From positions 67,631,604 through 67,695,603 of the forward strand of contig JARFYF010000001.1 in NCBI GenBank assembly GCA_030265395.1: a stretch of DNA of 64,000 nucleotides. Direction: 5' to 3'. A program made the translations under genes and the position numbers. Source of the stretch: Rhina ancylostomus. Taxonomy: Eukaryota. Below are positions 23,326 through 36,420 of the stretch, piece by piece. Below the pieces are notes generated by a model. That model saw only the letters and a program-made list of their open reading frames with translations. It did no database searches and was not told the DNA's origin. The number at the start of each line of letters is the position of its first letter. Positions within the stretch are counted from its first letter, which is position 1.

Positions 23326-24299
23326 AGAGGTCAAAGGTGCACTACCAAAAGTGTGCCATCACAGAAGCTCATCTGGATGCTGCACAGAAGTTAGATGCAC
23401 CAGCGCAAGTCCGGACCAAAGATGCCCAGTCCAGTTCTGTGAAAGTCATGAATTTTTCTTTTGATTGAGTGTTCTCAGTTCTCATATTTACTGAATTATC
23501 ACACTGTCTCTCTCTTTTCTGTCAGTAGGTGGCACTGCCTCATACAGTTACAATCTCATTGAGAAATCCTTACAGTCCTGAAAAACCAGCAATCAAAGGT
23601 TTTATTTTCACCAAATCTTTTTTCTTGTTCTGGTCCACCCACATAATCACATTATATTGCATGTGGCCTGAGCACCACACAGGGCCTTGTCACTTGGAAT
23701 CAAGGCTTCACTTAACTGTATCAATGCTGGATACACAAATGATACGTCTGAAGATATCGCACACATCAGTGGTGAGCTCAGCAGTTCACCACTAGCAAAA
23801 AGGTTTTGGCCCAATACTTTGGAGAAAGCCTCATCAAATTCTACTGTGATATTTAGAATCAAGACTAATTTCCTTACAAATCTGAAATTCACACCAAAAT
23901 AATACAATTGAACTTCTGTTCCACATTGTCAAAGAAAGGCATCAGTAGAAATCTAAATCATTTTGTACGTTAACATAATTCTATAAGACTAACTCACCAC
24001 AATCTTTTGACAATAACTGTATTTGAAAATCATTATAAAATATAAGATACATCATCATTTCTTATATGTAAGTGTACACAAGACACAATGAAGTTATTAC
24101 TATCAGTTATTCAAACCAAACTGATCACTAGCATTTCACTGCCTGTTCAAAGTTTTAGGTAAACAAGTCTTAGAATCAAATGGATGCATTTATGAAAGTG
24201 TGTTTATGGCAGTTTTGCAATTAATATATTGAATGAATGAATCCATTTTTACATTAGGATTCAGAGACAGGATATTAACTTGGCATGGCTTCTCTTATC

Positions 24300-24560
24300 A
24301 TTCCTATAAAGGCCTGAGTTCTCCAAGGATCTATCCTAAGCACCCTTTTATTTGTTTGCTACCCCTTCATAGTATCATTTGAAGACAGAAACTTCAGTTC
24401 CATGTGCATACTGATAATATTCCACTATCTCTATCAAATACTTCTGTGAACTCGTCCACCGTCTCAGCTTTGTCATCCTGTGTTCATGAAATTCAAAATT
24501 AGATCAGAAGAAATTTCCAAACATAGAGCAGTTTGATGCCAATATTGTTGCAAAAAGCTT
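24300..24560 (+). mobile_element. L2 LINE RT fragment, decayed
   Basis: GTTCTCCAAGGATCTATCCTAAGCACCCTT (VLQGSILSTL); TTCCATGTGCATACTGATAAT (FHVHTDN, a YADD remnant). Confidence 0.65.
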
Positions 24561-25744
24561 GGTGCTTAGATATTTATCCAGTTGAGGGAGTTTATTATAA
24601 TTATATAGATTATTGAATATGTTCAATAATCTGATGCCCTTGGAATCTTGGTGAGTTGGACCAACAGATTTTCCGGACTACTGTGCATTGCTGCTACAAA
24701 TATTCAAACATGCTTCTACTTCACTCTACTTTAAAAAGATGTTGCATGGCAGTATAATAAATCTTCCAGTGAACCAGCTGGTTGAAGGGAACAGGAAACA
24801 TACAAGCATCCCAGACCCAGTTCCAGCCACAAACCTACCCCTATTCACGTGCTGTTCCAGACCTCAATCCAGCTCCAGCTGCACACCAGTCCTCTGGCTC
24901 TGGCCATACACCCCACTTGCACTCTGGATCCCCAGCTCACATTCCAGACTAATGAATACACCTGATGCTGGACCATCAGGATATCTGAACACTCAGTTAT
25001 GGATCAGTTACTACATCCCCAAATGGCCTGTAACATCCAATAAACAAAACTCACCAAAGGTCAGCTACAAGAAAACAAAAAAAAGTATTTTATAAAAAAG
25101 TATTTTATAATACTTGATTTGCTACAGATCAGGGCACAAGGATTGGTTTCGTCACTGCTACGTCAGCAAAATCCAGATTTGCAACTTTGCCCCAGATCAA
25201 TTGCAGGCTCTGATAACATTGTTGTTTCAGTTTAACTGATGCAATCCTTCACGTTCACAAACAGCAAAGCCAATGAATGAGATTAGTGTCCACAACAACA
25301 GGTCAAAGCAAATACAGTAAGGAATATTCACTCTAGGTTTTTAAAGAGAAAGCAGACTGAGCTGGACAAATTATCTTCAGAATTTACAGGCACTTCTACC
25401 AGTTTAAGAAAATCCCAGGACCATGAGAGCTGAAAATGATTCCATTTCTAGAGGAATAGAGGAAGGAAATCTTGAAGATACAGTTATATTTCCCCTGGTG
25501 ATCAATGTCCAAGTTAAGTGATTACAATGAAAACCAATCCCCCAAGTCTCCATAAGGTAATCCCATCATTAGAAAACTTCAACCTCCAAATGAGAACCAC
25601 AGTACAGCCCCACTTGGATGTACCAGGTCTGAAACTCTGGGAGCCTATTTATATATTTAAAATAAATCCATTATTGCATTTACAGGCCCTGAAAATCTTT
25701 TGTATATATTTCATAATAATAGGTACTGGGAGCTAAAGGAAGGG

Positions 25745-27645
25745 AGGAACATGAAGCAATTATTTGAAGTATTAGGTAAATTAATGGTGCTAAAAGCTGA
25801 CAAGTTCCCTGGATCTGACAGCCAGCATCCTAGGATCTTAAAGGAAATGGGTGCACAGATAGTGCTCATGTTGGTTGTAATCCACCAAAATTCCCTCAAT
25901 TCTGGACTGGTCCAGAGAACTGGGAAACCGCAAATGTGCCACTATTTAAGAAAGGAGGAAGACAGAAAGCAAGAAGAGAGGAAGACAGAAAGCAAAAAAG
26001 TAAAGGCCAGTTAACCTAACATTTGTCATTGGAAAAATGCTCCAATCATTATTAAGGAGGTAACAAGAAGACATTTAGAGTCAGCATGATTTTATTTAAG
26101 GAAAACACTGTTTGACAAATGTAGGAGTTCTTTGAGGAAGAAACAAACAGGATAGATAAAAAGGAAGACCATAAGATGTAGGATGTTTGGATTTCCAAAA
26201 GGCATTTGATAAGGTGCCACATGAAAAGTAACATCACAAGAGAGCATAGCGTTTTGGCCATTATAGTCACTCCACTGTTCTTGACACTAACACAAAATGA
26301 GTGTGGGAATAAATAACTATTTTCGGGTTGGCAATCAGTAACTCATGGGCTGCCACAGGAGTTAGTGCTCAGGCTCAACTATTTATAATCTACATTGATG
26401 ACTTAGNNNNNNNNNNNNNNNNNNNNNNNNNNNNNNNNNNNNNNNNNNNNNNNNNNNNNNNNNNNNNNNNNNNNNNNNNNNNNNNNNNNNNNNNNNNNNN
26501 NNNNNNNNNNNNNNNNNNNNNNNNNNNNNNNNNNNNNNNNNNNNNNNNNNNNNNNNNNNNNNNNNNNNNNNNNNNNNNNNNNNNNNNNNNNNNNNNNNNN
26601 NNNNNNNNNNNNNNNNNNNNNNNNNNNNCATTTATAGGTTGGACTTTTGAATGTAATAATATTATAGGAGCTCGGTCATATGCCAGGGGTGTCCATAAAT
26701 TGGATGTTCTTAATCCAGTGTCGGCCTCAAGAAGTGAGTGATAAAGAAATTGGAAGCTGAAGTATCATGTGGAAAAGTGAGGCTAAACACTACAGAAGAA
26801 TGAATGAAAAGCAAATTATTATTTAAGTTGAAACTACAAAAGTGTTGTGTTACAAAGGGATCTGGGTGTCCAAGAACATGAAACACATAGTGTGAGTACA
26901 TAAATACAGCTAGTAATTAGGAAGGCAAATGGAATCTTGGCCTTTACTTCAAGTGGTATTAACTAAAAAAGTGGGGAGATTTTGATGCAGCTTTACAGGG
27001 CACTGATAAGACCACACACAAAGCACTTTGTACTGTTTTGGCCTCCACATTTAAGGAAGTATGTGACTGCGTTAGTGCAGAGGAGATTGAGTCTTGGGAT
27101 AAAGGGGCTGCTATGTGAAGCAAGTCAGGCAGGTTGGGGAGATATTCAGCAGGGAAGTGGCATTGAGGCCAAGGCCGGATCAGCCATGATCTTACTGAAT
27201 AGCAGAGGGGCTGAATAGCCTGCTTCTGCTTCCCATGTTCTTATTAAAAGTTGAACAGAATGGGTCAAAACTCATTGAAGCATAAAAGAATAAGTGGCCA
27301 TCGTTTAAGATTTTGAAGGGGATTAATAGAGTGGGTGCTGAATGGATGTTTCCCCTGCTGGGGATGTCTCTAACTAGGGAGTACAGTTTCACAACAGGAG
27401 TTGCCCATTTCAGACATGAGTGAGAAGGAATTTCTTCTCTCAGTGGGTGGTGAAGCTTTGAAATGCTCTACCTCAGAGAACTATGAAGGAAGAGTAGTTG
27501 AATATCTTTAAATTGAAGACTGAAAGACACAAACTGCAAGGGAGTATGGGATTTGGGAGACAGCAGAGAAGTGATGTTTTAAATCAATATGGGATTAGCT
27601 ATGGTTTTACTGAGTGGCCTACTCTTGCTCCTGGATCTTATGTCC
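25745..27645 (+). mobile_element. CR1 LINE pieces (RT region and two 3' ends), spanning a gap
   Basis: LKADKFPGSDSQHPRILKEMG; DFQKAFDKVPH; LYRALIRPH; tails at about 27200-27245 and 27590-27645. Confidence 0.88.
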
Positions 27646-27799
27646 TTATAATCTTGAATGATTTCCCTTGTTTAAGATATAATTTTGAATCTCTTTGCTC
27701 TTCATCTGTATGATCACTGTGCTCTAATGGCAACTGTTTCTTTTGCATTACAAAGAATCATCAGATTGGTTCCTTTGTTGGGTTGGGGGTGGGTGGGGA

Positions 27800-28110
27800 A
27801 CTGCATGAAGAGAGATTAACCAGTTTGGAAGAATGATTTCTTTGAAACATATAGTATTCTTGCAAGGTTTGACAGAGTGGATACAGGGATGATAGCTCCA
27901 CTGTTAGGGCTGTTTAGAACCAGCGGTCAGAGACTCAAAAGAGGTCAATCAATCAGTACTGATATGAGAAGACAAAAGTGACTACAGATGCTGGAATTTC
28001 AAAAGACAGAAGTATTTTTTCCATCCAGTGCATAGTCAGACTATAGAGTTTTCTACTCAAGACATCATGGGCTGAAAGGCCTGTTCCTGTGCTGTACTGT
28101 TCTGTGCTCT
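27800..28110 (+). mobile_element. Decayed CR1 3' fragments
   Basis: Tail ATGGGCTGAAAGGCCTGTTCCTGTGCTGTACTGTTCTGTGCTCT. Confidence 0.6.
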
Positions 28111-28247
28111 AAGTGAGATGTGCAGGTTCATTCATTCTGTATATGCAAAGAAAAGATCTACATTAAGGGAATCTGATAAGTACACCAAAGTAAGGCAGAG
28201 GTACTTTTATCTACCAATGACCTCTCGGTGTCCTTAATATGCAAAAA

Positions 28248-28752
28248 CACCTGGATCATTCGGGAGGTAGAGGCTGACATAGATAGGAGCTTCAGGGAGA
28301 TAGTCACCTCTAAAAGTCAGGAGGCAGGTAGCTAGCTGGGTGACTGTTAGGAAAGGGAAGGGGATTAGAAAGAAGGAGCAGAGCACCCCTGTGGCAGTTC
28401 CCATCAACAACGAGTATACCGTTTTCGATACTGCTGGTGGGGACGACCTACCAGGGACAAGTTTTTTAAAAATTTTATTTACAGCGTGGTAACAGGCCCT
28501 TCCAGCCCAATGAGTCCGCGCTGCCCATTTTAAACCCCAAATTAANNNNNNNNNNNNNNNNNNNNNNNNNNNNNNNNNNNNNNNNNNNNNNNNNNNNNNN
28601 NNNNNNNNNNNNNNNNNNNNNNNNNNNNNNNNNNNNNNNNNNNNNGTTATGGGCTGGGTGCAGGTAAATGGGACTAGCAGAATAATGTTTTGGCACAGAC
28701 TAGAAGGGCCAAATGGTCTGTTTTTCTGTGCTGTAGTTTTCTATGGTTCTAT
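28248..28752 (+). mobile_element. CR1 with an ORF1 fragment (28248-28460), a nested minus-strand SINE tail (28461-28544), a gap, then the CR1 3' tail (28646-28752)
   Basis: IIREVEADIDRSFREIVTSK..WVTVRKGKG..TPVAVPINNEYTVFDTAGGDDLP, homologous to ORF1 at 2138-2440; tail TTCTATGGTTCTAT. Confidence 0.8.
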
Positions 28753-29589
28753 AACATGAGTACTTGGTAATTTTAACACAGTGTTACTGAAACCGTGCAT
28801 ATCTTCAACCTGGAGACAATTTTCTTCTTAAAACAATACTTTGCTTGTGCAAGGTAAACTTCTGGAAATTGTGAACGTCTCCCAGCCCAGAAATTACTTG
28901 GTCTATTGTTCAACTGCTGCAGAGCACCGGAGGGATGGGTGTAGCATCACTATCTTTTCTGTTAATTCCAATGCCAAATTGATTGTAAATATTTGAGTTG
29001 TCACTTCATATTTGGGGATCAGTTACAAGAAAGATCAAATGATAAAGTTCTACTTTATGCTTCATAACAAAGACAGTTGCCATCACAACACATAAATCTA
29101 TTGGATCACGTTGAATAAGATCAGAGAGATTTAAATTCTGTTCTTATTACATCTTCAACAATGGAAATCAGTCAAGAATACACATGTTTTAATCATATAC
29201 AAAAGGTGTGCAAACAGAACAAATCATTGGATTTACAGATTATTTGGCAGAAACACTTTAGGATACTTCATTTGGAATCATCATACATCTCCCACCAGGT
29301 TATTACTATGCAAGTGGAACTCAAAGTCATCAACTCATGAACTAAATCTGCCCAGAGACTCAGACCCCAGACTAAGAATCTTCATTTTCAAAAAATTTCT
29401 TGCTGGTCATAAACAGAAGGAGCTTCAGAATATTTTTACACATTTTTCAAACTGTTGGTAACAAACATCCTAGTTGTCAAATTTCAGTTTTCTCAACAAT
29501 ACAAGAATTCTTATCTTTCTACATATTCAGGCCTCAAAATTCAAACAGTTCAGAAACAAATGCAGCTGAAACCTGGATGAATCGCCTGA

Positions 29590-31899
29590 GGTTTAAAAAC
29601 TGGTTAAGTGTATGTCCAGGCAAGTTTTGTCCTGCAATATATAGGTGGCCCAACAAGACGGGGGCAACACTCGATCTCCTCTTGAGAAATAAAGTTGGGC
29701 AAGTGACTGAAGAGTCTGTGGAGGAGCACTTTGGGACCAATGGCCATAATTCTATTAGTTTTAAAATAGATATTGAAACGAGATAGGACTGGTCAAGCCC
29801 TAAAGTAGGACAGGGCTAATTTTGATGGCATTAGACAGGAATTTGTAGAGGTTGATTAGGAGAGGCTGTTAGCAGGTAAAGGGACATCTAGCAAGTGAAA
29901 GACTTTTAAAAAAGTGAGTCAGGGGGAGTTCAGGGTTGGCATGTTCCTGTTAGCCCAGCCTGACAGGATTAGAGAACCCTGGCTGACAAGGGATATTGAC
30001 ATTCGAGTCATGAAAAAAGGAGGCATGCCAGATATAGGTAGCTGTGACCAAGTGAATTGCTTAACTACTTGGAGTGTAGGAGTACATTTAAGGAAATCAA
30101 GTAGGCAAAAGGGGGACATGAGGTATCCTCGGCAGATAAGGTAAAGGAGAATCCCAAGAGATTCTATAACTATATTAAGAGCAAAAGGATAATTCAGAAG
30201 AGAATAGGTCACTTTATAGATTAGCGTGGTCACTTATGTGTGGAGCTACAGGAGATGGGCGAGGTCTTAAATATTAATTTCTTGTCTGTATTTACCAAGG
30301 AGAAGCTCATGGAAACTAGGGAATTCATAGATGATGTTCTGAAACAGTACAAAAGAGGTGTTGATGGTCTTGAAGCACATAAAGTGCATAAATCTCCGGG
30401 GCCCAACCAAGTGTACCATAGGACATTGTGGGAAGCAAAGGAAAAAATTGCTAGGGCCTGAGGAGAAATTTTTCTATCTTCTTTGGCCATGGGTGAGGTA
30501 CCAGAAAACTGGAGTAGCTAACGTTGTGCCTTTATGTACAAAAGGACTGCAAGAACAAGCTAGAGAATGACAGACTGTTGAGCTTAACATCAGTGGTGGG
30601 AAAGTTACTGGAGGGGATTCTTAGAGACAGGATCTGCATTTGGAAAGGCAAAGACTAATTAGGAATAGTCGGCATGTTTTTGTGCGTGGGAAATAGTATC
30701 TGATGAATTTTATTCAGTTTGTTTTTTTAAAGAGGTTACCAAAAGGATTGATGAGGGCAGGGCAGTAGACATCATCTACATGGACTTTACCAAAGATTTT
30801 GACAAGGTCTCACATGGTAGGCAGATCCAGAAGGTGAGATCACATACAGGGTGAGCTTGCCAATTGAATAGAAAATTGGTTTGGTGGAGGGAGTCAGAGG
30901 GTGGTAGTGGAGGCTGGTTTTTCAGACTGGAAGCCTGCGAGAAGTGGTGTGTCGCAGGGTTCAGTGCCTGGTCCACTGTGGTTTGTCATATATGTTAACT
31001 ATTTGGATGAGAATATTGGTGGCATGGTTAGTAAGTTTGCAGATGACACCAAAATTGGTGGAGTGGTGAACAGTGAAGAACCTTGTCTAAAGCTACAAGA
31101 GGATCTAGATCAACTGGGAAAGTGGGCAAAATAATGGGAGATGGAATTTAAATCAGACAAATTTTGGGAAATTAGACCAGGACAGGACATGAACAGTGAA
31201 TGACAGGACCCTGGGGAATGTTATAAGACAAAGAGACCTGGGGGTATAAGAACATAGTTCCCTGAAAGTAGCGACACAGGTAGAAAAGGAGTGAAAAAGG
31301 TATATGACATGCTTGCCTTCATTGGACAGGGCATTTCATACAAGAACTGGGGTGTAATGTACAAGATACTGGTGAGACCACACTTGGAACAAGTTGTGCA
31401 GTTCTGGTCACCATATTATAGGAAGGATGTGATTAAGCTAGAGAGAGTACAGAAAAGGTTTGCAAGGACTGGAGAGCTTGAGTCACAAGGAGAGACTGGA
31501 CAGGCTTGGTCTGTTTTCCCTGGAGCAAAGGAGGCTGAGAGGTGACATAGAGATGTATAAAATCATGAGGGGCATAGATGGATGGTCAATCTTTTTCCCA
31601 GGGTTGGGCAGTCGAAAACTAGGGGGCTTATGTTTAAGATGAGAGGAGAAAGAGTTAAAGGGGACTCAGGGGAAAGATTTTCACATGGAGTATGGTGGGC
31701 ATATGGAATGACCTGCCAGAGGAAGCGTAGAGGCAGATACAATTACAACATCTGAAAGACATTTGAACAGGTACGTAGATAGGAAAGGTTTAGACGGATA
31801 TGGACCAAATGCAGGCAAATGGGACTAGCTCAGGAAGGTGGTAACATAGACAAGTGGGCCAAAGGGCCTGTTTCTGTGCTGCATAACTCTGTGACTCTG
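29590..31899 (+). mobile_element. 5'-truncated CR1 LINE, 2.3 kb, decayed ORF2 with RT
   Basis: GATLDLLLRN; SGVSQGSVPGPLWFVIYVNYLD..SKFADDTKIGG; LVRPHLEQVVQFWSP; tail CTGTGCTGCATAACTCTGTGACTCT. Confidence 0.95.
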
Positions 31900-33039
31900 C
31901 CATAAAACTATCAAAAATTCTACTTCCACTGCCCCTTGAGGAAGAACATTCCAAACTCTTGACCTATTCAGGGAAAAAAAAAAGCTTTTCCTTATCTGTA
32001 CCTTAATAAAAGCAACTTCTTATTTTAAGCAGTTGTGCTACATTCTCTCATAAAAGTAAATAGTCTCTCCACATCTGCTGTCAAGACACCTTATTTTGAG
32101 TTTTCAATTCCTCATATCTTATGTGCATACATCTTGGTTATTGCAATAGGAAGGAAAAAAAATTGGAAAAGTATGTATTTTGTTTAATGATTTCCAGGAA
32201 TCCTTCAGGAGCTTACTGTCAACCTCACCAAGACCAGTATAATTCTTACATTACAGTTAAATTAATTTATGCTAAAACAATCAGTTCTAGAAATTCATTT
32301 AAGTTCAAAAATCAAATACCTCTATTTTCAATTCAGTGTGCACAATAAAGTAAAGGGTATGTATAATGGGTCAAGTATTTCAAAAGGAAAGAGTCTGCTT
32401 GGGTCCAGATTGTCCAATACAATGAAAGGTCAGATAAAAGTCATTCAATTTTTGTTTATTCTGGCTTGATGGGATGCCTGTCAAATTTGGTCCCACCTTT
32501 CCAGCTTTTCCACCTGCGATCTTGCATATTTGTTCTCTACACTGAAGTTCCTTCATGAAACATGTGCCCTTGGCGTCAATAACTTAGGGACAAAAGCAAG
32601 GTATGCAAAACCACTGTACTTTATCAACCCTACAACAAACATTTTTGCGTGCCAATTGCTCATCTCTGTGGATTAAATAAAACTGGCATAACAGTAACCA
32701 AACCTACTCATTCATATGCATTTAAAACAAAAATACTTAACTCTTTCCAGGTTGGCCAAGTGGAGAAAGCACAAGCCAGCTAGACCACTAAAGCCAGCTA
32801 GCCAGCTAGACCACTAAACGTAAAAGAACAAGGTGAATAAGCTCATAAAAGGAGCAACTGCAAAAGTGAATATACGCATATAAAGATTGTGAATATGATG
32901 TATAGTATTTTGTTTAAATGAAGACTAAACAGTTTTAAATTACACAAAGGCTTAGTGAGGACTTCATTCTACCTTCTCTCCAAACAGAAAGGATCTCTGG
33001 TTTTCCTCAATTCCTTATATTTATCTGATGTTACAATAT

Positions 33040-33567
33040 TTTTAAGCACCCTCAATGTACAGCAATGTCCTGAAGTGCTTCACAAGATCATCAGCAGATA
33101 AAATTTGACAACCAGCCACCTGAGATGATATTTGGGCAAAGGTCAAACAGGTAGGTTTCTTCCTCAGTGTCTTAAAGTAAGCAAGAGGTTTAGGGAGGGA
33201 ATTCTAGAGCTTAGGTTCTGGAAGATAAAAGCACTGCCAACAATGCTGAAGTAATTAAAATCATGGAAGCTCAAATAGCCCGAATTAGAACAGTGTAGAT
33301 AACTCTATGGTTGCAAGATTCAGAAATAGGAAGGGCCCAGGATATGAAGGGATTTGAAAACAAGGATGAGAATTTTAAAAAAGCCAACTAGAACTATAGA
33401 AGCCAATGCTTATCGTCGAGCACAGGGATGTTACCTCATACAAGTTAGGACATGGACACCAAATTTAGGATGCTCTTTAATTGATGAGAAGAGTGTAGCA
33501 GCAATAAGAACAGTGTTATAACAATAAAGTGCAGAGGAAACAAAGGTATGGGCAATAGGTTCAAGAG
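33040..33567 (-). mobile_element. L2 LINE 3' fragment
   Basis: GAAGTGCTTCACA..GTAGGTTT..GTCTTAAAG..GGTTTAGGGAGGGAATTCTAGAGCTTAGG, typical of an antisense L2 3' region. Confidence 0.7.
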
Positions 33568-35554
33568 NNNNNNNNNNNNNNNNNNNNNNNNNNNNNNNNN
33601 NNNNNNNNNNNNNNNNNNNNNNNNNNNNNNNNNNNNNNNNNNNNNNNNNNNNNNNNNNNNNNNNNNNNNNNNNNNNNNNNNNNNNNNNNNNNNNNNNNNN
33701 NNNNNNNNNNNNNNNNNNNNNNNNNNNNNNNNNNNNNNNNNNNNNNNNNNNNNNNNNNNNNNNNNNNNNNNNNNNNNNNNNNNNNNNNNNNNNNNNNNNN
33801 NNNNNNNNNNNNNNNNNNNGTGTAGCTAATTCTGCTCCTATTTACTATTTTCTGTGCCACCTAAACTAGTATTACTTTAAACAATCACATTCTAACAAAT
33901 TTTATATGATTCGGTGGTCATGGCTTTGGAAAGGAATGAAATAATCAGCTCTAAATCAAAGAAACTAAATTACTGTGTTGGGGGTTCCCATAGAAACTAA
34001 TCTTGCAACTAAAATGATGCTGTAAAGAACAAATGTATATATGATCACCTATGAAAGTATATATTTTTTTAAAAAAGGTGACATTCCATAACTTAGAGAA
34101 AACAAATTTAAGGAGATGAATAAAATTGTTTGATGTGAACAGGACTTCAAATTAACCGAACATCCCACAACATTAGATGATGCACAAATCATCCAACCAG
34201 TTTGGAATAGATATGCTGAATTTTCTATTACCTGAGTTCCTCTTTAACTGAATGAAGAGTATTTACTCCTGGGACAGCAGCAAAAATCAACAATATTTGC
34301 TCCTACCAGCTGGATATTGCAAGTATTGCTTCTGGAATGGTAGTTAACATCATGACTATATATGAATCAGCCAGGAGGAGACCAAATCTAAAATGATTTA
34401 TCCATCTATGGACAAATACCAACAAGCTTGATACTACGGGATCAAATATGAATTGAGACAAATTTAACCTTCAGACATAAACGTTCAGTTTTTGCTCATC
34501 ATTCTCAGAAAACATTTCCATATTTGATCATACTAATATCAGCAAACAAGTGGCTTTGAACAAAGAGGAAATGGTGTAAAGTTACAAATCACCCCCACAT
34601 GATGGTTCTGCACCCCCACGTGCAGAAATACAAAGCNNNNNNNNNNNNNNNNNNNNNNNNNNNNNNNNNNNNNNNNNNNNNNNNNNNNNNNNNNNNNNNN
34701 NNNNNNNNNNNNNNNNNNNNNNNNNNNNNNNNNNNNCATGATTAACATGGGGGGGGTCTACAATATTGTGGTCATCACTGAGAATGTGGCCACTGTTAGC
34801 ACAGCCATGGAACCCTAAGTGCTTTGCATTTTTTGGCCAATGCCACAGTACAAATTGCAGTACCAATGGCTACCACCAGTGCAAAACGTTTCCATCAAAA
34901 GTCCAAATGGCATGGTGGAAGCTAAGATTGCTGCTTTAAGATCAGACTGCTGCTATTGGAACTTGTGTCTGTTGTTCAAATGGGCCTATAGGAGGTCACA
35001 ACAGCTTACTAAGTTGTACAGCAGATTAATAGTACTGCTGAGGCTTCACCCAGGTGAGTGGAAGTGACCATTCACACAAACTTGTTTTCTCAGAATGACT
35101 GCAATCCTGTTCACACCTCCATCATTCGACCTTTTAGCTTTTCTGTTGCTTGTCAAGTCCAGATGCTCCAGCCCAGGCTGAGATGGTTGACCTTGCTGCA
35201 AACCCTCCTGGGCCCAGAGCTTGTCAAAGTCATTTTCCAGAGCTGTCTTAGCTCTCATCAGTTGTAGTTTATCAGCTGTCCATCACACATTAGATAACTA
35301 CTGGAGAACTAACATGCAAGGAATATGGAAGACGAAAGTATGTACGGGGTGATTTTTAAAAATATGCATTATCTCATAAAATAATAAAGTTGGACTGTAT
35401 GATATATTTTCTGATGGCTATTGAGTTGTTAGAAATAAAACAGTGATGCTCAACAATAGAGGAAATGTATGAATAATGGGACTTGAGCTGTGGTTGAGTT
35501 TATTGTTGTTTGGCTTAATTGATCTTGTAAAGTTCAGATAGAAAGGACTTGTTT

Positions 35555-36420
35555 ACCTCAGAGCTTCTCTTTCTTTTCCTCTACTTCTCGTTTTCTTTCC
35601 CTCTTCATTACACCCTTTTTCTATGCACTTAATTCATAATAATGAGGTAGAGTGGAGTAATATAACAAACTTTGTTCAAATTTGCACTGCAGGAAATTGT
35701 TGGAGTTGCCCAGATATTGTAAGGTTTACTTGATGATTCCATTGCTGTGTGCTACAATGTTCTCTGAGGCAGCATGGCTTTCCTTGTTTTTGCTGTATAC
35801 ATTTGTATGATTCTTGACTGGAGTCAGATCATTAGTGAATACTTAGCCAGTTTTTGACTTGCATTAGCTGGTCACATGCAGGTGTTGCATTGCCTGTTGT
35901 AAAGTGGAGAATCAGGACAATTGCTATAATAATGGGCATTCACCTGCATGTTGTGATGCTTGTGGCCTGCATATTGAGGGAGAAGAATCCCTTTGGTTAA
36001 TGAAAATCATCACAAGAGCCACACTGCATCATAGGAAGCCAGCTATCAGCTCAAACCTTCCTTATCATGACTTCTTGTGGTTAGCCAGAGGAAATGAGAT
36101 TATACTGTTTCTCCATGTGTAACAAACCTTGTTAGTGTAGGTATGCACTACAATCTGAGGGATATTGCTTGTACTCTCCAGCAGCAGCCTGGAAAGAGTC
36201 AGACATTAGAAATATTGTCGTATCTGGCCTTCACATTCACATTTGGCTGCAGCAATTTGCAGAATTCAGTCACAACCTCTTTTGCGAAATCAAGACATGA
36301 TGTGCAATTGTCCATGCTGGGGCTGAGCAAAGATTTCTCTCTAAACACCTCAGTACCCACAGTCTCCTGCACTGAGCTCTATTCTTCCACTTTCTCCTCT
36401 TCCTCCTCCTCCCTCCTCTT
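35555..36420 (-). pseudogene. PIF/Harbinger transposase (HARBI1-like) fossil
   Basis: Collinear motifs across frameshifts: VFREK..DFAKEVVTEFCKLLQP; SDSFQAAAG; SNIPQIVVH; ISFPL..FELIAGF; FSLNMQ; MQVNAHYYSNCPD; LTPVKN..ESHAASENIVAHSNGIIK*TLQYL; purine-rich acidic ends. Confidence 0.8.

Noticed and set aside
24688-25095. 135-aa plus ORF
   Set aside because: Driven by a C-rich degenerate low-complexity tract (CCAG units); no homology recognised
34231-34267. Possible 37-nt minus micro-exon (GVNTLHSVKEEL)
   Set aside because: Frame-shifting length, and too short to distinguish from chance
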